From positions 2,016,001 to 2,080,000 of the forward strand of contig CP182352.1 of the NCBI GenBank assembly GCA_048571215.1: 64,000 bases of DNA. Direction: 5' to 3'. Below the pieces are notes generated by a model. That model was not told the DNA's origin and searched no databases. It worked only from the letters and a program-made list of their open reading frames with translations. Made by a program: the position numbers and the translations under genes. This stretch comes from Halarcobacter sp. GTDB lineage: Bacteria; Campylobacterota; Campylobacteria; Campylobacterales; Arcobacteraceae. Each line of letters begins with the position of its first letter. Within the stretch, counting starts at the first letter, position 1. Positions 62,414 through 64,000 of the stretch are shown piece after piece.

Positions 62414-63588
62414 AATTTTTCCTTATGATTTAACTTATACAATAATATTCCAATCACAAACCCAATATATGGGAATGTTAAAGGAACACTTGTATTTAAA
62501 ATAATCATTAAATATAAAAAAAGAAACATTGCTTTAGTAAAGTTTTTTTCTGCTTGTTTAATGAGTAAAAAAAAGAAAAAGATATATATAAACCCCATAA
62601 AACCTAATTCAAAAAATATACCGCCAATGCCACTCATAATAGTTCTTGTAGGCTTAATCAATTCTGTATATGGATAATAAATTGGTAAATTTTCTGTCAA
62701 ATATAACTTAAATGAAGTAAAGCCATTAGGTAAACCATAATTATCAAAAAACCCTTTATAAGCAAAAAAAACGTGAAATAGCCTTTCACTTACACTTTCA
62801 TCTCTAGTCATTAAATATAATGGATCTTCTAAAATTCCACGCAAAACCCCATAAAATCTATTTCCTTGAAACAAATACAAATAATCAATAATAAAAAAAT
62901 AAAAACTTATTGCTCCTACTATGTATAAAATTATTGTTTTAAATTTTAAATTTAATATCCCATAAATAAATATCAAAACCAATACTAGTAAAATTGCTGT
63001 TGAAGATTTAGATAAAAAAACAACTTCAATTAAGCTGATAAAAAAAATTAATTTTACTCTATAATTTATAATAACTGAGATAAAAAATATAAATAGAGCA
63101 ACTGTACCATAATATGTTGGTTCTGGAGCTAAACCAGTAACTCCTCTTCCTCCCCCTGACCTATATCTATCTAATAAGAATGTCATAAATGACTCATCAA
63201 TAAATAATTGAACTAAGCCAACAAAAAACCACAAATATACAAAAAAGATAAATAATTTATAATTAAAACCATTATTCTTTTTTAATACAAAATATGTAGA
63301 AGAAGAAATAATAAATAATGAAAAATATCCTAAAAATGAACGAATAGATAATAATTCTATGTGAGTAATAAAAATAATTAAAAAAGCAAAAAAACTTCCA
63401 AATAATAAAATATAAGAATGATAAGGTAAACTTTTATTTTTTATTAAGATAAATATATAAGTTGAAATTATTAATGCATAAGGTGAAGTATCAATTTGTT
63501 TTGTAAACACTGACAAATATGGTACTAATATAAAAAGATAGAAAAAAAATTCTTCAAAAACTTTTCTTTTTACAATAAGATTAAACAT
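62410..63588 (-). CDS. Polytopic membrane protein, probable Wzy polysaccharide polymerase
   Basis: About 10 TM segments, RGVTGLAPEP loop, context among glycosyltransferases. Start uncertain. Confidence 0.65.
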   Translation of the reverse strand: MFNLIVKRKVFEEFFFYLFILVPYLSVFTKQIDTSPYALIISTYIFILIKNKSLPYHSYILLFGSFFAFLIIFITHIELLSIRSFLGYFSLFIISSSTYFVLKKNNGFNYKLFIFFVYLWFFVGLVQLFIDESFMTFLLDRYRSGGGRGVTGLAPEPTYYGTVALFIFFISVIINYRVKLIFFISLIEVVFLSKSSTAILLVLVLIFIYGILNLKFKTIILYIVGAISFYFFIIDYLYLFQGNRFYGVLRGILEDPLYLMTRDESVSERLFHVFFAYKGFFDNYGLPNGFTSFKLYLTENLPIYYPYTELIKPTRTIMSGIGGIFFELGFMGFIYIFFFFLLIKQAEKNFTKAMFLFLYLMIILNTSVPLTFPYIGFVIGILLYKLNHKEKF

Positions 63589-63598
63589 ACAATTAATT

Positions 63599-64000
63599 TT
63601 ATAATCGTTTCCAATTAACAGGAACAATATTTTTTGATAATTTTTGTAATTTTTTATCGTTAAACCAATTTATTGGTGCTATAACTTCTTTTGCAATATT
63701 TAAATTCATCCATGCACCCCACCAACTGAAGCTACTATTTGCAATAATATTATGATGACATAAACTCATTAAATAAATATCTTCATGTGGCAACCGTTTT
63801 TCTACAGAATCTATATAAATAAAATTATATTTTTTAAAATTATTTTGTACCCACTTTATATCATCTGAAAAAATATAATACTTGATATCACGATATTGAT
63901 TTGAAAAATATTTTATTGCATCTTCATAATATTTCAATGAACATGTCCCATGAATATTATTAGTATTATTATCTTTTATATAATCACCTCTTCTAATATG
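63599..64000 (-). CDS. Alpha-1,2-fucosyltransferase (GT11), partial
   Basis: Frame is open to the window edge: HIRRGDY, FSDDIKW, IIANSSFSWWGAW. Confidence 0.92.
   Translation of the reverse strand, partial: HIRRGDYIKDNNTNNIHGTCSLKYYEDAIKYFSNQYRDIKYYIFSDDIKWVQNNFKKYNFIYIDSVEKRLPHEDIYLMSLCHHNIIANSSFSWWGAWMNLNIAKEVIAPINWFNDKKLQKLSKNIVPVNWKRL

Overview
AT-rich chromosomal window from a Campylobacterota bacterium, most likely Arcobacteraceae (inferred from gene order and protein style). Left to right it holds: a ygiQ-type radical SAM gene and aspS; the S10-spc ribosomal protein cluster ending in secY-map-infA; an accessory stretch (17.7-28.5 kb); cell-wall, chemotaxis and housekeeping genes; ADP-heptose genes; a sulfate-activation (PAPS) cluster; and the end of a surface-polysaccharide locus. 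Three things stand out. (1) A giant lipoprotein combines PhoX-like phosphatase, EEP and adhesin-like domains, and an endonuclease I domain would be fused to it by a -1 shift at an A10 tract. (2) A ~215-nt highly base-paired intergenic element, possibly ARRPOF-like RNA, lies directly behind a lone SIR2-like DUF4917 gene. (3) Degenerate 7-nt tandem arrays run through cysC-cysQ-cysD-cysN, inside and between genes, and one inverted pair brackets an unannotated four-helix-bundle gene remnant. No rRNA, tRNA, CRISPR array or transposase was seen. All family assignments are from motif recognition by eye, not database searches.
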